From Eukaryota sp. TZLM1-RC (lineage: Eukaryota > Protista > Metamonada: BaSk clade): a DNA stretch of 64,000 nucleotides. The stretch is from the NCBI GenBank assembly GCA_040285825.1, contig JAUPSS010000001.1:806001-870000 (forward strand), written 5' to 3'. The position numbers and the translations under genes were made by a program. Below the pieces are notes generated by a model, which was not told the origin of the DNA, did not search any database, and worked only from the letters and a program-made list of their open reading frames with translations. Shown piece after piece: positions 46,340-59,530 of this stretch (positions within the stretch are counted from its first letter, which is position 1; the number at the start of each line of letters is the position of its first letter).

Positions 46340-46840
46340 CGAGTCAGTTTTGAGCTGACAAGTTTTCTGATATTCTGAATATTTCGAAGTGATCTCTTCT
46401 AACTGAGACTTAAAATTTTAACACTGTTCCTCAGTCAAGGTTAAATTTGACCGAAGCTCTTGAATTTGATCGGAAATGTCTTGATTTTGAGCTTCCAAGT
46501 CTTGTTTTTCTTCACTAACTTTGTTGAAATTTCGTTGTAATTTTTCGTAAAGTTTTGATAATTCCTGATTTTTGACCGTCATGTCATTTAATTGATTGGT
46601 AACGTCAGCAATTTTGACCTTATCAGATTCTACTTTGGCTTTCAAATGATTAATCTCTTCCTTTAAAAATCCAACTTGTCGTTGATTGAGCTCCTTTGAT
46701 TCAAGCTCAAAGTTTTTAAAATTTTGTTCCAAAAATTCGTAATCTGACTTTGACTCTGCAAGACTTTGGGTTAATTCTTCACATTTCTGTTCGAATTCAG
46801 CAGACTTCCGTTGAAAACCTTTCAACTTGTCAATTTGAGA

Positions 46841-47185
46841 CAAACATAGAAAATATGATAAACTTATTGAAGAGGCTAATGTCGATAGAAATACACAGCT
46901 GGTTTTTATTGCTTTCCCATTTTCGATAAATGGAAGATGATCAGTTGAAGCAGAAACTTTTTTGGATGACTTCCAAAAAATGGTGCAAGAAAAAACAATG
47001 AAAGATTTGATATTTTTTTTATGGCGATCACGAGATTCAATTTGCCATTATTAAAAGATTACCTCGGTTTTTCAATCGAATTAGAGGAGCTTTAGCTAGA
47101 CAGCAAGCAGATCAAGATTTTGTAGAGGAAATCTTGGTTCAATGATAGTCGTCCCATTAGTAATGAATTAATTAAATTAAGTGTG
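46841..47185 (+). mobile_element. Older family-B 3' fragment (insertion target)
   Basis: Same as 30300..30657 up to the insertion point. Confidence 0.85.
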
Positions 47186-48935
47186 AAAATTCTGCAAATT
47201 CAAGAGATGTTTCCTTCACTAAAAATGATTGCATATATGGATGATGTTGTGCTTATTGGTGAATTAAATATTGTGAAAAAAGCAACTGTATGTTTTAAAG
47301 AATTATTTACCAAAATTGGTCTCCGACTTAATTTACTTAAATGTGTTTTGTTATCGAATTCTCCAGTTTCCACAATAATTGATGATATTGAAATTAAAGC
47401 CAAATTATATTCAATTGATGCTATTCGTCATTTGGGTTCGTTTTTAGGAAATAATGATGAAATTACCAAAAAATTGTTTGAAAAGTTGAACTCAATTTCT
47501 GACAAAATTGACCGAATGATGAATTTAGATATAAAAAAACACATCAAATTTACCATTATAAGACTGTGTTTTAGTTCCAATTTTAATCATATATTTCGAT
47601 CTACAAATCCTCTCGTCACTAGAGCTTTGGCTCAAAAGTTTAATGAGTTACGTGCAAAAGTTCTGTCTCAATTACTGGGATGTAAAATGTTTCAAATTCC
47701 AGATCATGCTTACCTTAGTCCACAATATGGTGGTTTAGGGTGGACGAAGGCTTCTATTCTTACCTCGTGTGCTTTTGTTGGTGGATGCAGAAATGCAATC
47801 TTTGAGTTCTCCGAAAGATTTGCAGATTGGGAAGATTTATTGATGACAACGCAAAGTTCCACTGTTTTTGCATTAAATGAAGAAATTTCAAGAATTGATG
47901 TAGAAAAATGGGGTCGATGTTTTCCCCAATCATTCAATGGCAATATTCCAGAAAAAAATGTTTTAAATTTGAAGTATACTCTTCGAACATTACAGAAAAG
48001 ATTGACTGGAATGTATGAAAAAGATCTTTATAATAATATTTGCAGCTCGGCTGTTTTAAATCAAGATCTTCACTCATTGTTATTGGAAAAGGGTGTTTGT
48101 GAAAACAAGGTGTCAGATTCTTCACTTTTTGTAACCATTGTACCACGAAGATTTGGATTGTGTGCTACTAATGAAGCATTTGTAACAAAAATGAGATTAT
48201 ATTTGAACATCCCCATTAACCAATTATTATCAAAAAGAAAAATGTATTTGTTCGAATTCACCTCAACTCACTTTGCGCCATGCTCTAAATTGCTCTAAAT
48301 TGATAACTTATCGTTCTTCATTACATGATGCTGTTAGAGACACTGTTTTCAATATGGCACAAACTGCAAAGATATCGTGTATCAAAGAGCCCCTGCTGAA
48401 AGAAACACTTTCTCTGAATAATTTTGGTTCTGATGATAGAGGTGATGTATACTGTGATTGGATTGATAATTCTGAAGCTATTGTTGACTTTGTCTCATGT
48501 AATGTTGCAAACGATACTTTGGTTCACAGAAGAAAACTTAATCCTGTGGCTGCTCTGGATTTTTAAAGCAAAAGAAAAACATAGAAAATATGATAAAGAA
48601 ATTGAAGATGCAAATATCGATAGAAATACACAGCTGGTTTTTATTGCTTTCCCATTTTCGATAAATGGAAGATTATCAGTTGAAGCAGAAACTTTTTTGG
48701 ATGACTTCCAAAAAATGGTGAAAGAAAAAACAATGAAAAGATTTGATATTTTTTTATGGCGTTCACGGATTCAATTTGCCATTATTAATAGATTACCGCG
48801 GTATTTCAATCGAATTAGAGAAGCTTTAGCTAGACAGCAAGCAAATCAAGATTTTGTAGAGGAAATCTTGGTTTAATGATAGTCGTCCCATTAGTTATGA
48901 TTTAATTTAATCAAGTGTGCAAATTCAATAAATTA
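47186..48935 (+). mobile_element. 5'-truncated family-B non-LTR retrotransposon with a 12-bp target-site duplication
   Basis: IAYMDD, LRLNLLKC, HLG, GGLG, CCHC and RLE motifs. AAATTAAGTGTG occurs at 47174-47185 and 48936-48947, but only once in the paralogous site at 30633. Confidence 0.9.
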
Positions 48936-49044
48936 AAATTAAGTGTGCAAATTCAATAAATACATATATTCAATGTTCGATTTTCACTTTTTGTTCAGGT
49001 TCAGGTGTTGACGAAAGATCATATCTCAACTACACCTTGGAACC

Positions 49045-52000
49045 ATGGTTAAGCCCGTACTTTCGTCACTTCTACTACCTGCTACCTTGTTCGTTTGTCT
49101 TTTATCTAGACAATCTTATTTCTTATTTGCTTTTGTTCCTTCGCTTTTTCTTGCTATTAAGCTTCCGAATCAGAAATAGCCCCCGCTGCTCTCTTTTGCA
49201 TTATCCTTTCTTGGTTTAGTCGCTTCTGCAGTAATCATTCCATTTGACCTCCCCCTTCTTCAGTCTTTATATATAGGTACTTGTTCTGATTCACTATGTA
49301 TACCACCATTTGCGTACTATGGTTCACTTGTTTTCTTGTTATTCATCTATCTTCGACTGCAACCTTCTTCATGCACGCTCTCCTCACATGTCCCTCTCCT
49401 GTCCAATGTTTTATCTCAAAACCATTCTCATCCTACTTTCCTTCTCTTTCGTCCCCACACCCACCTACTTCGTCTTCTTCACCCTCATATCGCTTGTTTT
49501 GTCATCTCCAACTTCTCCTCTCCTCTCCCACAACCTCTACCATAAGATCTTCTCCATTTGTTCATTTTCCCACCTCTACTACATTCTTCTCTCCTCTACT
49601 CTCTCCCTTCCTTACTTTCATGATCCATCTACTCTTCTTCCACTTCCTGTGTCTTTCTTCTCCACACTACACATTCTTACCCTAATTCTCTCCATTTATC
49701 TTCACTCATCCCCTTACTTTTTCTCTCCACATCACCGTATTCCCCAAGCAGATAGTGTTGAACCTAGTCTAATCTCTCTTTCTTTTGTTCCTGACACAAC
49801 TGCTTCTATTAGTGTAGCATCTGTAATTTCTTTTTTCTCATGTGGATTAGTATTAATTGCTACCTTCTTTTACCCTTCACCTTGGCTGATTCCGTTGCTG
49901 ATATATGGAATGATTCTGATTATTTTTAAATTAAGAACTTGTGGTTTTAAACCAGGTTATAGAGTTTTATTATTTTCTATTATTTCAATTAATTTAACAT
50001 TTATTTCTTTTTCTAAACAACCAAGAGCTGTGACGTTACTTTCAGCAGCTTTCTTTCTATTTTTGAACCCTTTTGGTCTATTGGTGACGTTTTCGCCACG
50101 TCAGCATAGGTACTTTTTGAAATTTTTGAGAATTATTTACACAATTGACCACTCTATTATTGTTTTTACTGCTTCTTTATTAATCACCTTAAATTTACCT
50201 ACAGTTCCATTTATTTTACTATTCTTATTATCAGTTCATTATATTCTTCATCCTTTATCATCAAATAAAAAAATTACAAATTTGGTGTTATTTATTTCTT
50301 TTGGTTTTGTTTTACTATTTTATTCCACTTTCTCTTCCTTTATTTCCTCAATCTGTGATTCTCAATTCGCAATTGTGTTGGGCGTTTGTCAGACCCAATC
50401 TTATTATTATTCAGTTATTATCTTTATTTTTAATTTCTTCTTTATCTCATTTAAATTATTTACTAAGAAGAATAGATGGTGAAAGTAGAACCTCTTTGTC
50501 TTTTCAATCTCCTTTATTCTTAAAATTCAAATCAGTAATTGGAGTTTGCTTTATCAGCATATACTTGTTATTTAGAGTTTGTTTATTGGAAATTGTTATA
50601 TTAGCAATCTTTGTGGTTATTGTTTTACTCCCAATTGTTGGAATTCGAAATTCTTTAATTGACTTTATCGGATTTTCCAGTTTGGTTTTGGTCATTGCTA
50701 GTTTATTTATAATCCAATACACCCCAGTAATGGATTATTTATCCACACTTCTCCCAGCTCATTATGTTGACGTGATATCACGTTATCATTTTGACCTTTT
50801 ATTTGATTGATTTGTTTTTCTTATTTTTCCAGTATTATCTTTTGTTTTTCTTAAGGGAATTGACTTTAATCAGCGCTTCATTTCCCTTTCAAGACCTTCA
50901 ATTATCAAAAATTTAGTCGTTTTCATTCTAGTAATTTCAACATTCCAACCATATATTTTAAATCTAATACCGTTAATAATTTGTATTTTTGATTTAACTC
51001 TAATCAAACACACAAACGGAACTAGTAGGAAGCTGCTTTATCTAATAACCTCAATTTTAACAATAACTCGATTAACAATTACTTATTTATCAATAGCATT
51101 GCCTCAAGATTTTATTAAAAGTCCCATATTTAAAATATTTGCATTACCCTCACTCAACCATTGTGACTCTGTTTTTGTCTAGAGCATGCTTTAATTTTAT
51201 TACCTTTGGTTATTCAATTAATCATTTCTACCTCCTTCATCAAATCACCTTCCCCATCAATCACGTCACCTGTGATTGCTTTATTTACATCGCAATTCCA
51301 ACTACTTGGCCCAGCTTTCATGCATACAGTGGCAGTAGTGTTTGCTTGGGTATCTATTCTATCTATAAGAGATCCTTTTTCTATTATTCTAGGAGCTTCC
51401 TGTTTAGGCTTTCTTAGTTCTCATCATTGGAGACATCGGAAAAAACTTGTTTGGTTGGTTCTGTTGGGGTTAGTGTTTGGGGTTGTTTCCAAAATTTTGT
51501 TGTCTTCTTTATGTGATCTCTATCCTGATCTCCATTCTTCATGGCCAAAAATTTACGAATTTTTCGGAGTGTCTTGCACATCCAACTCTTTCCTTTTTCA
51601 CTTCAGTTTCCCCATTTTAGCCATATTTTGCCTCTATAGGTCCATGGCCAATCCCCTTGACTTGAGCTTATACTGCCCCGAAACTGAAGATGAAGTTTCT
51701 CCCATCGCTTTTAAAATTGAAAAGTTTTTGTTACCGCTTTTAAGACCTTGTCTAATTATTTTATTGTTCTTTATCGGTGTTCAACGTGCATCTGTTCCTG
51801 CTTTGCTTTACGTAATTGTAGCACTTTGGTTGGTATATTCGGACTCTGTTTTTACTGAGCTGAAAAGGGCAAAAACTTTCACGTTTTGTTTGTATATTTT
51901 AAACTGCTCTGTTTTGATTTCACAATCAATATTTCAGTTGAGCTTTTTCAGTGAATCTTCTGATCTCTTCTCGATCTCTTCTATTCTAGGTCTAGATCAA

Positions 52001-54756
52001 TACCATTCTTACTACTCGGCGCTCAAATTATCAGCTTCACTTTTGGATTTCATTGTCCACGGCATCTCTTCTTCTTTGGATGTATTGGTTTACTCTGCTT
52101 CCTTTAAAAGATATCTTTCTTCAGTTAAAACCAGCAGAGATTTGGCCATCCAACGAGTCTTGGATGATGAAAAGTTAAGTAAGCTTAGGCGGGAAAGGAT
52201 TTTAAAGCAACAGTTAACAGAGAAGGAAGCTACTGAAAGCAGATTGGAAATGTTAAAGTCCAAAAGACTTGGTAAAAGAGATACATCAGCTCGTCAAATA
52301 TTTGAAGAAGAGATCAAAGCACATCAGGACGTTTTAAGTGACTTGTCAAGTAGTGCAGAAGAGATCAAAAAGGATCATGATGACCTGTCAGGTCAAGAGA
52401 AGTCAAGTGACGTTGACGTATCTACTGATCAGAAACTTGATGAAGAGGTCACACCCGATCAAGATGACACGTCTGAACCTCAACCATCATTTTTACTTCG
52501 AATGGCAACCAAACTTCAGTCAATCATTTTGAACTTCTTCAATATCAACATTTCTGACCTACCACCACGTCATCAAACGTCACCATTACGTTGGTTAAAG
52601 CACAATATCTATAGATACTCTTCTGTATTGTCTTGCTTGCTGTGCTATCTCGCTGCCTTGTGGTTTCCTTCAATTCCCACCGTGATGATTGCTTTCACCA
52701 CGATCACTTTTGGTTTAATGTCCAAATATGGAGGCAAAGCTAGGTTTTGGCAGTTTATTTTGGGAATTTATCTATCTTTATTATTAATCCACTACATTTT
52801 CACCTTTCCTTTCTTTTGTTTTTGCGTTTCGCCATCAGATTCAATTACCATTTCCTTTGGTAAGTCATGTCTAGATCCCACCAAGTGTCCTGTTCCAAGG
52901 GAGCTTATCGATCCATCCAGTCACCCCTCAGCCCTAAGTTCACAACTCATTTACCTTGTTGGTATTGCTCCTATTGGTAGCTTCCTCTTCTCCTACCCTC
53001 CCTTGCTGATTGCTGCATTGGGTATCGTTCTTCATCGTTCTATCTCGTTTAGAATGGGCAGGTGGGGAATTGATGTAGAGGAGAGAGTTGGGGTTCGTCA
53101 TGTTTGGGGAAGGGTCGTGGTCTTCTTCAAGACTCTAATGGAGAAGCGTTTCGACGCTATTGGAGTAGACCTCTACCCATTTATGTTTTTTATTGATATA
53201 CTTCAGCTAATTGCGCTTCCATTTGCCTTTTTTAGTAGCTCAACAGCTTCCCAGTCAGTAATCCAATCAGTCCAGCTCAGTTATTTACCTGGTTTCCTTG
53301 CAATTTGGTTGATTGTTCAGTTTCTGTTAATCATTATTGATAGAACTCTTTTCTATTTGAGATTCGCAAGACTCAAAGCTCTGGTTCATTTCATTTCTAA
53401 TTTCACTGTGTTAATTGTTTTTTGTTTAATTTTCCCCCGCAGTAATCACGAATTACCAATTAATGCACCTTTTCTCCTAGTCGCGGCATTTCTGCGGTTT
53501 GTGGCTGCCGTGTTGAGCTCTCTACAGCTTCGTTTTGGTTTTCCGCCACCTTCTTCCAAAGCCTTTTTGATGAAGTCTTACGGTTCTTTTAATAATTATG
53601 GATACCAAGCATTTAGAGTCATTCCTTTTCTTTATGAAATGAAATGTTTGTTGGATTGGTCTTTGACTACTACTGCATTGGAATTTAGTTACTGGATGCG
53701 AATAGAAGATATTTATTCATCGTTATTCTTAATCAAATGCAGAAGGTTATCTACAGCGAAAAGGGGTCGAAATTTTGGTTGTGGGTCGCCAAATTTGGTT
53801 GTGACAAATTTTCGCAAGGATTTCTTTTGTTTTTCGGTCTTACGCTATTATTATGTTTGCCTTTAATTTTATTTAGTTCTGCTAACCCAGTCTCCAAACC
53901 AAACCCTATCCAACAGGCCAGTATTGATGTAAGTTTCAATAACTACTTGCCCATTTTCTCTCAGCATGAAGTGCACAAAGTCGATGTTATCCCGGCTACA
54001 CAATACAATGCAATTGTTAGCCATCACTCCTTGCTCCGCGATTCTAACCGTGCAGATGTAAGAAAGATTACCTTTTTCACTTCATCTGATTCTGTGTGGA
54101 CCATTGCTCCTCCTGCCATGAACGGGCTAGTAGAAGCTTTGGAGGATGGAAGGGGAATAGTGTCTGTTACTTTGTCGTTTAACAGACACTATCCAAGCGA
54201 TAGGAGGACAGCAAAGGGATGGTACTCGTTCAATTTAGATCATGAACATTGTTTAGAGTTGGCCAAGTTATTTTCTGGTGATTTAGAAGAAGTAATAATA
54301 CCTTTACTTCCAAGAGCTGCATTAATTCCTCTGGCCGAATCACCAATCTTTTCTGATCAACGTGAGGATACTCTCATTCAGCGTAGAGAGCGTGACGGAC
54401 AGACTTATTGGTTGATCAAGGATGCTGATTCAAGAGAACCATTCTATATGTATACTTATAGTTTAGAATCGACCGCTGCACTTGGTGCTTATGCCAGCGG
54501 GGGTTTGATTGGATTGTATCTATCAATTGTGATTGGTGTTGGTAGGTTTGTTCGACTTTCATTTTCGGACAGCAAATCCCAAAATTTTGTTTCGGCTCTC
54601 CCAAATGTGGATAAATTACTTGAAATCTGTGAGGATTTGTTCCTGGCCAGGAGTATCTCAGATTTGGTGCTTGAAGAATCAATTTACAAGGAAATCATTC
54701 AGATATATAGAGATCCAGATACTTTGATTGAATTAACCACACCACCAGTTAAATAG
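49045..54756 (+). pseudogene. PIEZO: Full-span Piezo gene (about 1900 codons) with stops, frameshifts and a micro-inversion
   Basis: ATG 49045 MVKPVLSSLLLPATLFVCLLSR, TAG near 49177, TGA at 50808, several frameshifts, and a rearrangement at 53770-53805. Piezo signature and C-terminus present. Confidence 0.88.
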
Positions 54757-55972
54757 TTATTGGTGATAGGTAGTTAATTTAAATAGTGTTTTCGTGCTTT
54801 ATCTTTTGCTATAAATAAAGCAGTATCTTTTTTTGAGCTACTGTCTCTTTATCCGCTACGTTAACTCCAATAATCAATTTCAACAAAATGGTTTTAAAAC
54901 AAGCTTTTCATGGGATGGATGCTCTTTAATTGAGCGACTTTTGAGCGTTAAACAAAGCTTTTTCCTGCTGTATTTGGAATGGTAGCATCCGATACAAGAC
55001 GTGATGTGAAGTAATTTCAAATACTACAATGTTGTAAATTTCCAAATGATAGAAGAAAAAATGGCTACCAAAAACACATGAAACTTCTATTGATGATACA
55101 GCATATTTATTGGTATTCAGCTCAAAAATCAGAATAATAACAAGTAAACTCTCACCAATTTTAAGGGACATTGTTATTGCACAAACTACCTAACAACTCT
55201 TCGAAAATTGAGAAAAAAGGCACACAGTGTTTTTTCCCTATTTTTTTGGATTCAACAAACATTTAAATCAGCAGTGATTTAATTTCTCGATTTTGCATTT
55301 ACTGTCTATGGATGATGTTTAGTTCTTGATGATGTGTATGTAAGGTTGTCAAAACACAACGGAATGAATCATAAAAAATAAAGTTTGAACTTCCTGGATA
55401 CAAATTTGGACTCTTTGTGACTGAAATTGACTGAGGAAATTTTGAAGTTGCAATTCCCAAAAAATTGGACAATTGAACTGCGAAGACTAAAAAGATGTTG
55501 TGCAAGCAGCCAAGATATAAAAATGGACATAAAATTCTTATTGATCAGTGTTCTGGCCATACAAACAAAACTAGAGTTTTAGATCATCTTTTGTCTATTT
55601 GTAAACACAAAATTCTCTTTCGAATGTGGTTGTTTTTGGGGTTGAATAGAATTGAACGTTCTTTTGCTCAAGTTCAACACAGTTTTTTTTGAACTGCAAA
55701 AATATGGTGAGAAGACGCTACTACCTTGAATTCTCAAAATATTTTTTTTCATATTTTCAGTAGATTGGATGTCGGTACACAGACAGACAACCAGGAATGT
55801 TGCTTAATATCATTTTACTAACAAACTTAATTTCAAACTGCTTTAAAAACCGGCAACTGTTCAAAAAGTATCGAAGTAAAGTTAAATTCTTCATTTTATA
55901 GTTCTAGTGTAGCTTCTGAAATACTTCCACAACAAATCACATTCGCCAAAGTTTATTGGGTGCAAAACTTAA

Positions 55973-56380
55973 TTACATTGAACTATGAGGAAACATCTTC
56001 GAAAAAAATTTATTAACTACATCCTTAGAATGATGTTCCACTGCATGCTGAATTAATTCAGACTCAGGGATTGGGACAAAAGCATCACACAAATTACATC
56101 GTTTAACTCGTGACGGACACTGTCTGTAATGGGCAGCATACTCACTTCTAGTGGTGGCATAGTCACACATACAGCAAGTAACTGAAAGATTTCCTATGAT
56201 TCGTCTAATTGGGAGACATGGGTTGAGTTTAAAGGCAGAACTACGGCACGAAGGACAGGAATCTACCTTTGCACATTCGTTGCAAAAAAGTGTATTACAA
56301 CAAGAAATTTCAACAGCATCGTGCAAGACTTCCATACAAATTGAGCATTCAAAGTGAGTTGTATCATTTGAACTGAACAT
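55973..56380 (-). CDS. Small RING + zinc finger protein, copy 3 (stop lost, 8-aa extension)
   Basis: Near-identical to the other copies. TAG is changed to AAG. Confidence 0.78.
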   Translation of the reverse strand: MFSSNDTTHFECSICMEVLHDAVEISCCNTLFCNECAKVDSCPSCRSSAFKLNPCLPIRRIIGNLSVTCCMCDYATTRSEYAAHYRQCPSRVKRCNLCDAFVPIPESELIQHAVEHHSKDVVNKFFSKMFPHSSM

Positions 56381-57428
56381 ACAATTTCGTAATGATTCAA
56401 TAGGTACGGAAAGGTCAAGGAACTTTGCTTCATGATTTGGACCAAAAGCAATAATAGTTAAAGACTATTATCGGTATTATAAGGTTCAGGTAATAAATCT
56501 AGATCGTGGGTTACTAGCAGAATTTAGGTTCAAATTCATTGAAATAATGTGGAGATAATGGGTGTAAATTTTTTTTGCAATACCACAACCAATCCGTTTT
56601 GCAATTTTTAACCTCGTTTTTTAGCCCTTTGCTGAGTTTTGTGAGCTTACTAGCCTATCTTGAAATAAAATCTTCTTAAAAATTATTAATGCTTTGAACC
56701 ATTACCAAACAAACCATTAAACGAGTGCCACAACACCACGTGAAACTCTGATATATCCACATGAATAAGTAGTTTAAGTTTGTTTGGTGAACCTTTTTGC
56801 AGCAAAACTGCAAAATAAAAAGAGAAAAATCGTTCGGAATTTCATGAAATGATTGGGGCAAACATTTAATATATATTTGTGTCGGCAAGTTACCGAATTC
56901 AGAAAATAGCTAATTCAAAAATCTTCAGTATTATTTTAAAAGGTGCCGAAATTTTCCATCTTTATTTATTTATTTTCTACGAGGAATCAAATAAAAACAA
57001 AACAAACTAAAACACATAAGAAACTAAATTCTCCACGCCAACTCTTGATGAATCCTTATAAAGTTTGGACATCATTAAACTCAAGTACTTGGGAACATTT
57101 CTGTACGAAGCGAAAATGAAAGTTCGGGGAGGAGCTGTGGAAAGGCGTGATTGGCCAAAGATTTGCTTGGAGGGAAGTCTTGGATTGTAATACACGGGTC
57201 CAGGTGTATGAAGTCTTTGCTTAAAGTGTCATTTTCATTATGGGGATTCTCATGTAGCACGATATGTCCAAAATTGAGTAATAAATGGTGGTCTAGATGG
57301 GGCACGTATAGAATGTAACAAATATATGAAATATGTTGTGTGAAATGGCACCTATGACCAATGGGAAATAGAAATTAGCATGAAGGAATGTTCATTGGCA
57401 ATTTTGGTAATTATCTTATCTTCTCACA

Positions 57429-58349
57429 ATGCTCTCGTGTCCACATTGTTCAATGGATTTCAACGAAGAGTCTCGTGTGCCACTGGTAGTTTGCAGTCAG
57501 CGCCATAGTGTATGCGGTGTATGCTCTGATGCTGTGGAATCCTGTCCGATATGCAATGAAGATATCCTGCCGTCACCGGAAGTCAACATCAGTTTGCGCG
57601 ATATAGCCAAAGCTTCTTGCAAGGAGGACCTCTGTGTACACATTCCCTCTAACCAGGTCAAACTTTTGCACATGATTGGTCAAGGAGGATATGCCCAGGT
57701 GTTTACTGCTTCTTGGTTTGATTCAGACGTCGCCGCCAAGACTGTTGCTCTCACAGAAGAAGGTAAGAAACGACTGAGGAAAGAGATTGGTATTATGGCC
57801 AAGATTGATCATCCCTTTATCCTCCGCGTTTTTGGTCTGGTCAGCTTAATGGACAGACTCGCCATAATTATGGAACTTGCTGAAGGATCTCTGCCAGTGC
57901 CGTCAAGATTGACTAAACAAAGTCTCTTGTTTGCAAAAAGGATCTGTCAGGCAGTCCGTTTTCTGCACTCCAAATCACTTGTGCATAGAGATCTCAAGCC
58001 CGAGAACATTCTTTTTGTCAATGGGCAAATCAAATTAGCCGATTTTGGAACATCCAGGACTGTTGCCAAGACTTCCACGGCTACCAATCTATCATGTACA
58101 GCACGGTATGCAGCCTTGGAACAGTTTGAGAACAAATTGTCTCTTGCCTCAGACATCTATGCAATTGGAATCATCCTTTGTGAGTTACTTTGTAATTATA
58201 GACCATTTGTCAATATGGATCAGATTGCCATAATGGGAGCTAAGTATTTTAAGACACCATTTGCTTTGGGTGAACACGTTCCCAGTGTGCTCAAAGAATT
58301 AATCGCCCAATGTTGCTCTTCAGATCCAGCTGCCAGACCAAGTGTTTGA
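57429..58349 (+). CDS. Truncated zinc finger-kinase copy (RD type, HRDLKPEN) with no coiled coil or LRR
   Basis: Homology to 36732.. ends at 58342, just after kinase subdomain XI (AARPS), and a stop follows at once. Confidence 0.7.
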   Translation: MLSCPHCSMDFNEESRVPLVVCSQRHSVCGVCSDAVESCPICNEDILPSPEVNISLRDIAKASCKEDLCVHIPSNQVKLLHMIGQGGYAQVFTASWFDSDVAAKTVALTEEGKKRLRKEIGIMAKIDHPFILRVFGLVSLMDRLAIIMELAEGSLPVPSRLTKQSLLFAKRICQAVRFLHSKSLVHRDLKPENILFVNGQIKLADFGTSRTVAKTSTATNLSCTARYAALEQFENKLSLASDIYAIGIILCELLCNYRPFVNMDQIAIMGAKYFKTPFALGEHVPSVLKELIAQCCSSDPAARPSV

Positions 58350-58731
58350 ACAGAACTTTAGGATTTTATGGTGATTGCTGGTGATTTTCGGTGCTTAATC
58401 TGCAATTGAGTGCATCAACATAAGTGATTCCGTTAGGCAGAAATACCAAAGAAGTAGAGATAGAAACAGATCATCACGAGAAATCCTCACTGTCTACCCA
58501 CCTAATTTATCAGCAAAAACAACATAAGCTCCCCTTAGTTGTACAACCTCTCAATAATAGGTTAACAATAGGGTTTGTTATTGGTTTAATGTTGACTGTA
58601 ATATTAGGTTTTTGACAGTATTTACATCTATGTTATTTACAAAATATTAAAATTCAATAGTAAATATACATATACTCACTCTAAATAATGACAAAGGAAA
58701 AATTAATTAATATACAGCTAAACCTGTAAAA

Positions 58732-59110
58732 TCATCCATAAAAACAAAGGGAACCATCCAAATGACACCCCAAGCCAACACTGGATCTGCCAATATTGGA
58801 AAACTTGGATAATGGAGGAATAGCAACGGAGCGTGTGGTAAAGGAATTGTTCAAAGGATTCACAATCGAGAGAGAAGAAGAAGAAAAAGACACAAACGAA
58901 TCACTCAAAGCAACACCTCCTATGGTATTTGAGGGACACTGAATGTTATCAAAATGTGTCAAATCAGCGTTCCTTATGAAAAATCTCCTATCATGCTTTA
59001 GTGTTGCCCCAATAAACACCTTGGAATTGTGCTCGAGAACAGAGAGTGATGACACCATGGTTTCAAATAATCTGCTGCTGGCGATAACAAAGCCTGTCCT
59101 AAGGTCAATT
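58732..59110 (-). pseudogene. 3' fragment of a probable beta-propeller (WD40-like) gene
   Basis: The open frame begins IDLRTGFVIASS... and is beta-rich. It is cut upstream by a retroelement fragment. Confidence 0.3.
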
Positions 59111-59530
59111 GTAATTCTGTCATGGTTCTAAAAGGATTCAACCATGTAGGGTTTACACATACAATAAAGCTGATCACGGACTGCATCATCCACTTTTGAT
59201 CTAAAAGTAATAAAACGATTACAAATAAATAAATGGGTTGGAGTGACAGTCTTCCCACATTTACAAATTAAACCATGGGGAAGATTATCAGGCCAAAATA
59301 AAAGATCAAAGACACAAAGATAATGAAAAGCAAGGGTATTCTAGAAACAAATTATCATTTGTTCGTACATGATTAATTAAACAAGACGCAGAACTATTAC
59401 AAACATCCAGTAAAAAATTTGCAAAAGCGGGATTTTTTGTTTGGACATGTCAAAACGTACTTCATGATCGAAAGCTTCAAATATTACTGTCAGTTTTTGT
59501 TGAAGCTTCTTTACACAATACCTTAAATTA
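59110..59530 (-). mobile_element. Degenerate family-A-like retroelement fragment (CCHC/RLE region)
   Basis: Nucleotide blocks resemble 4810-5200 (tttacacatacaata, ctaaaagtaataaaa, attatcaggcca, tttgcaaaagcgggatt, tttttgttgaagctt). Confidence 0.6.
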
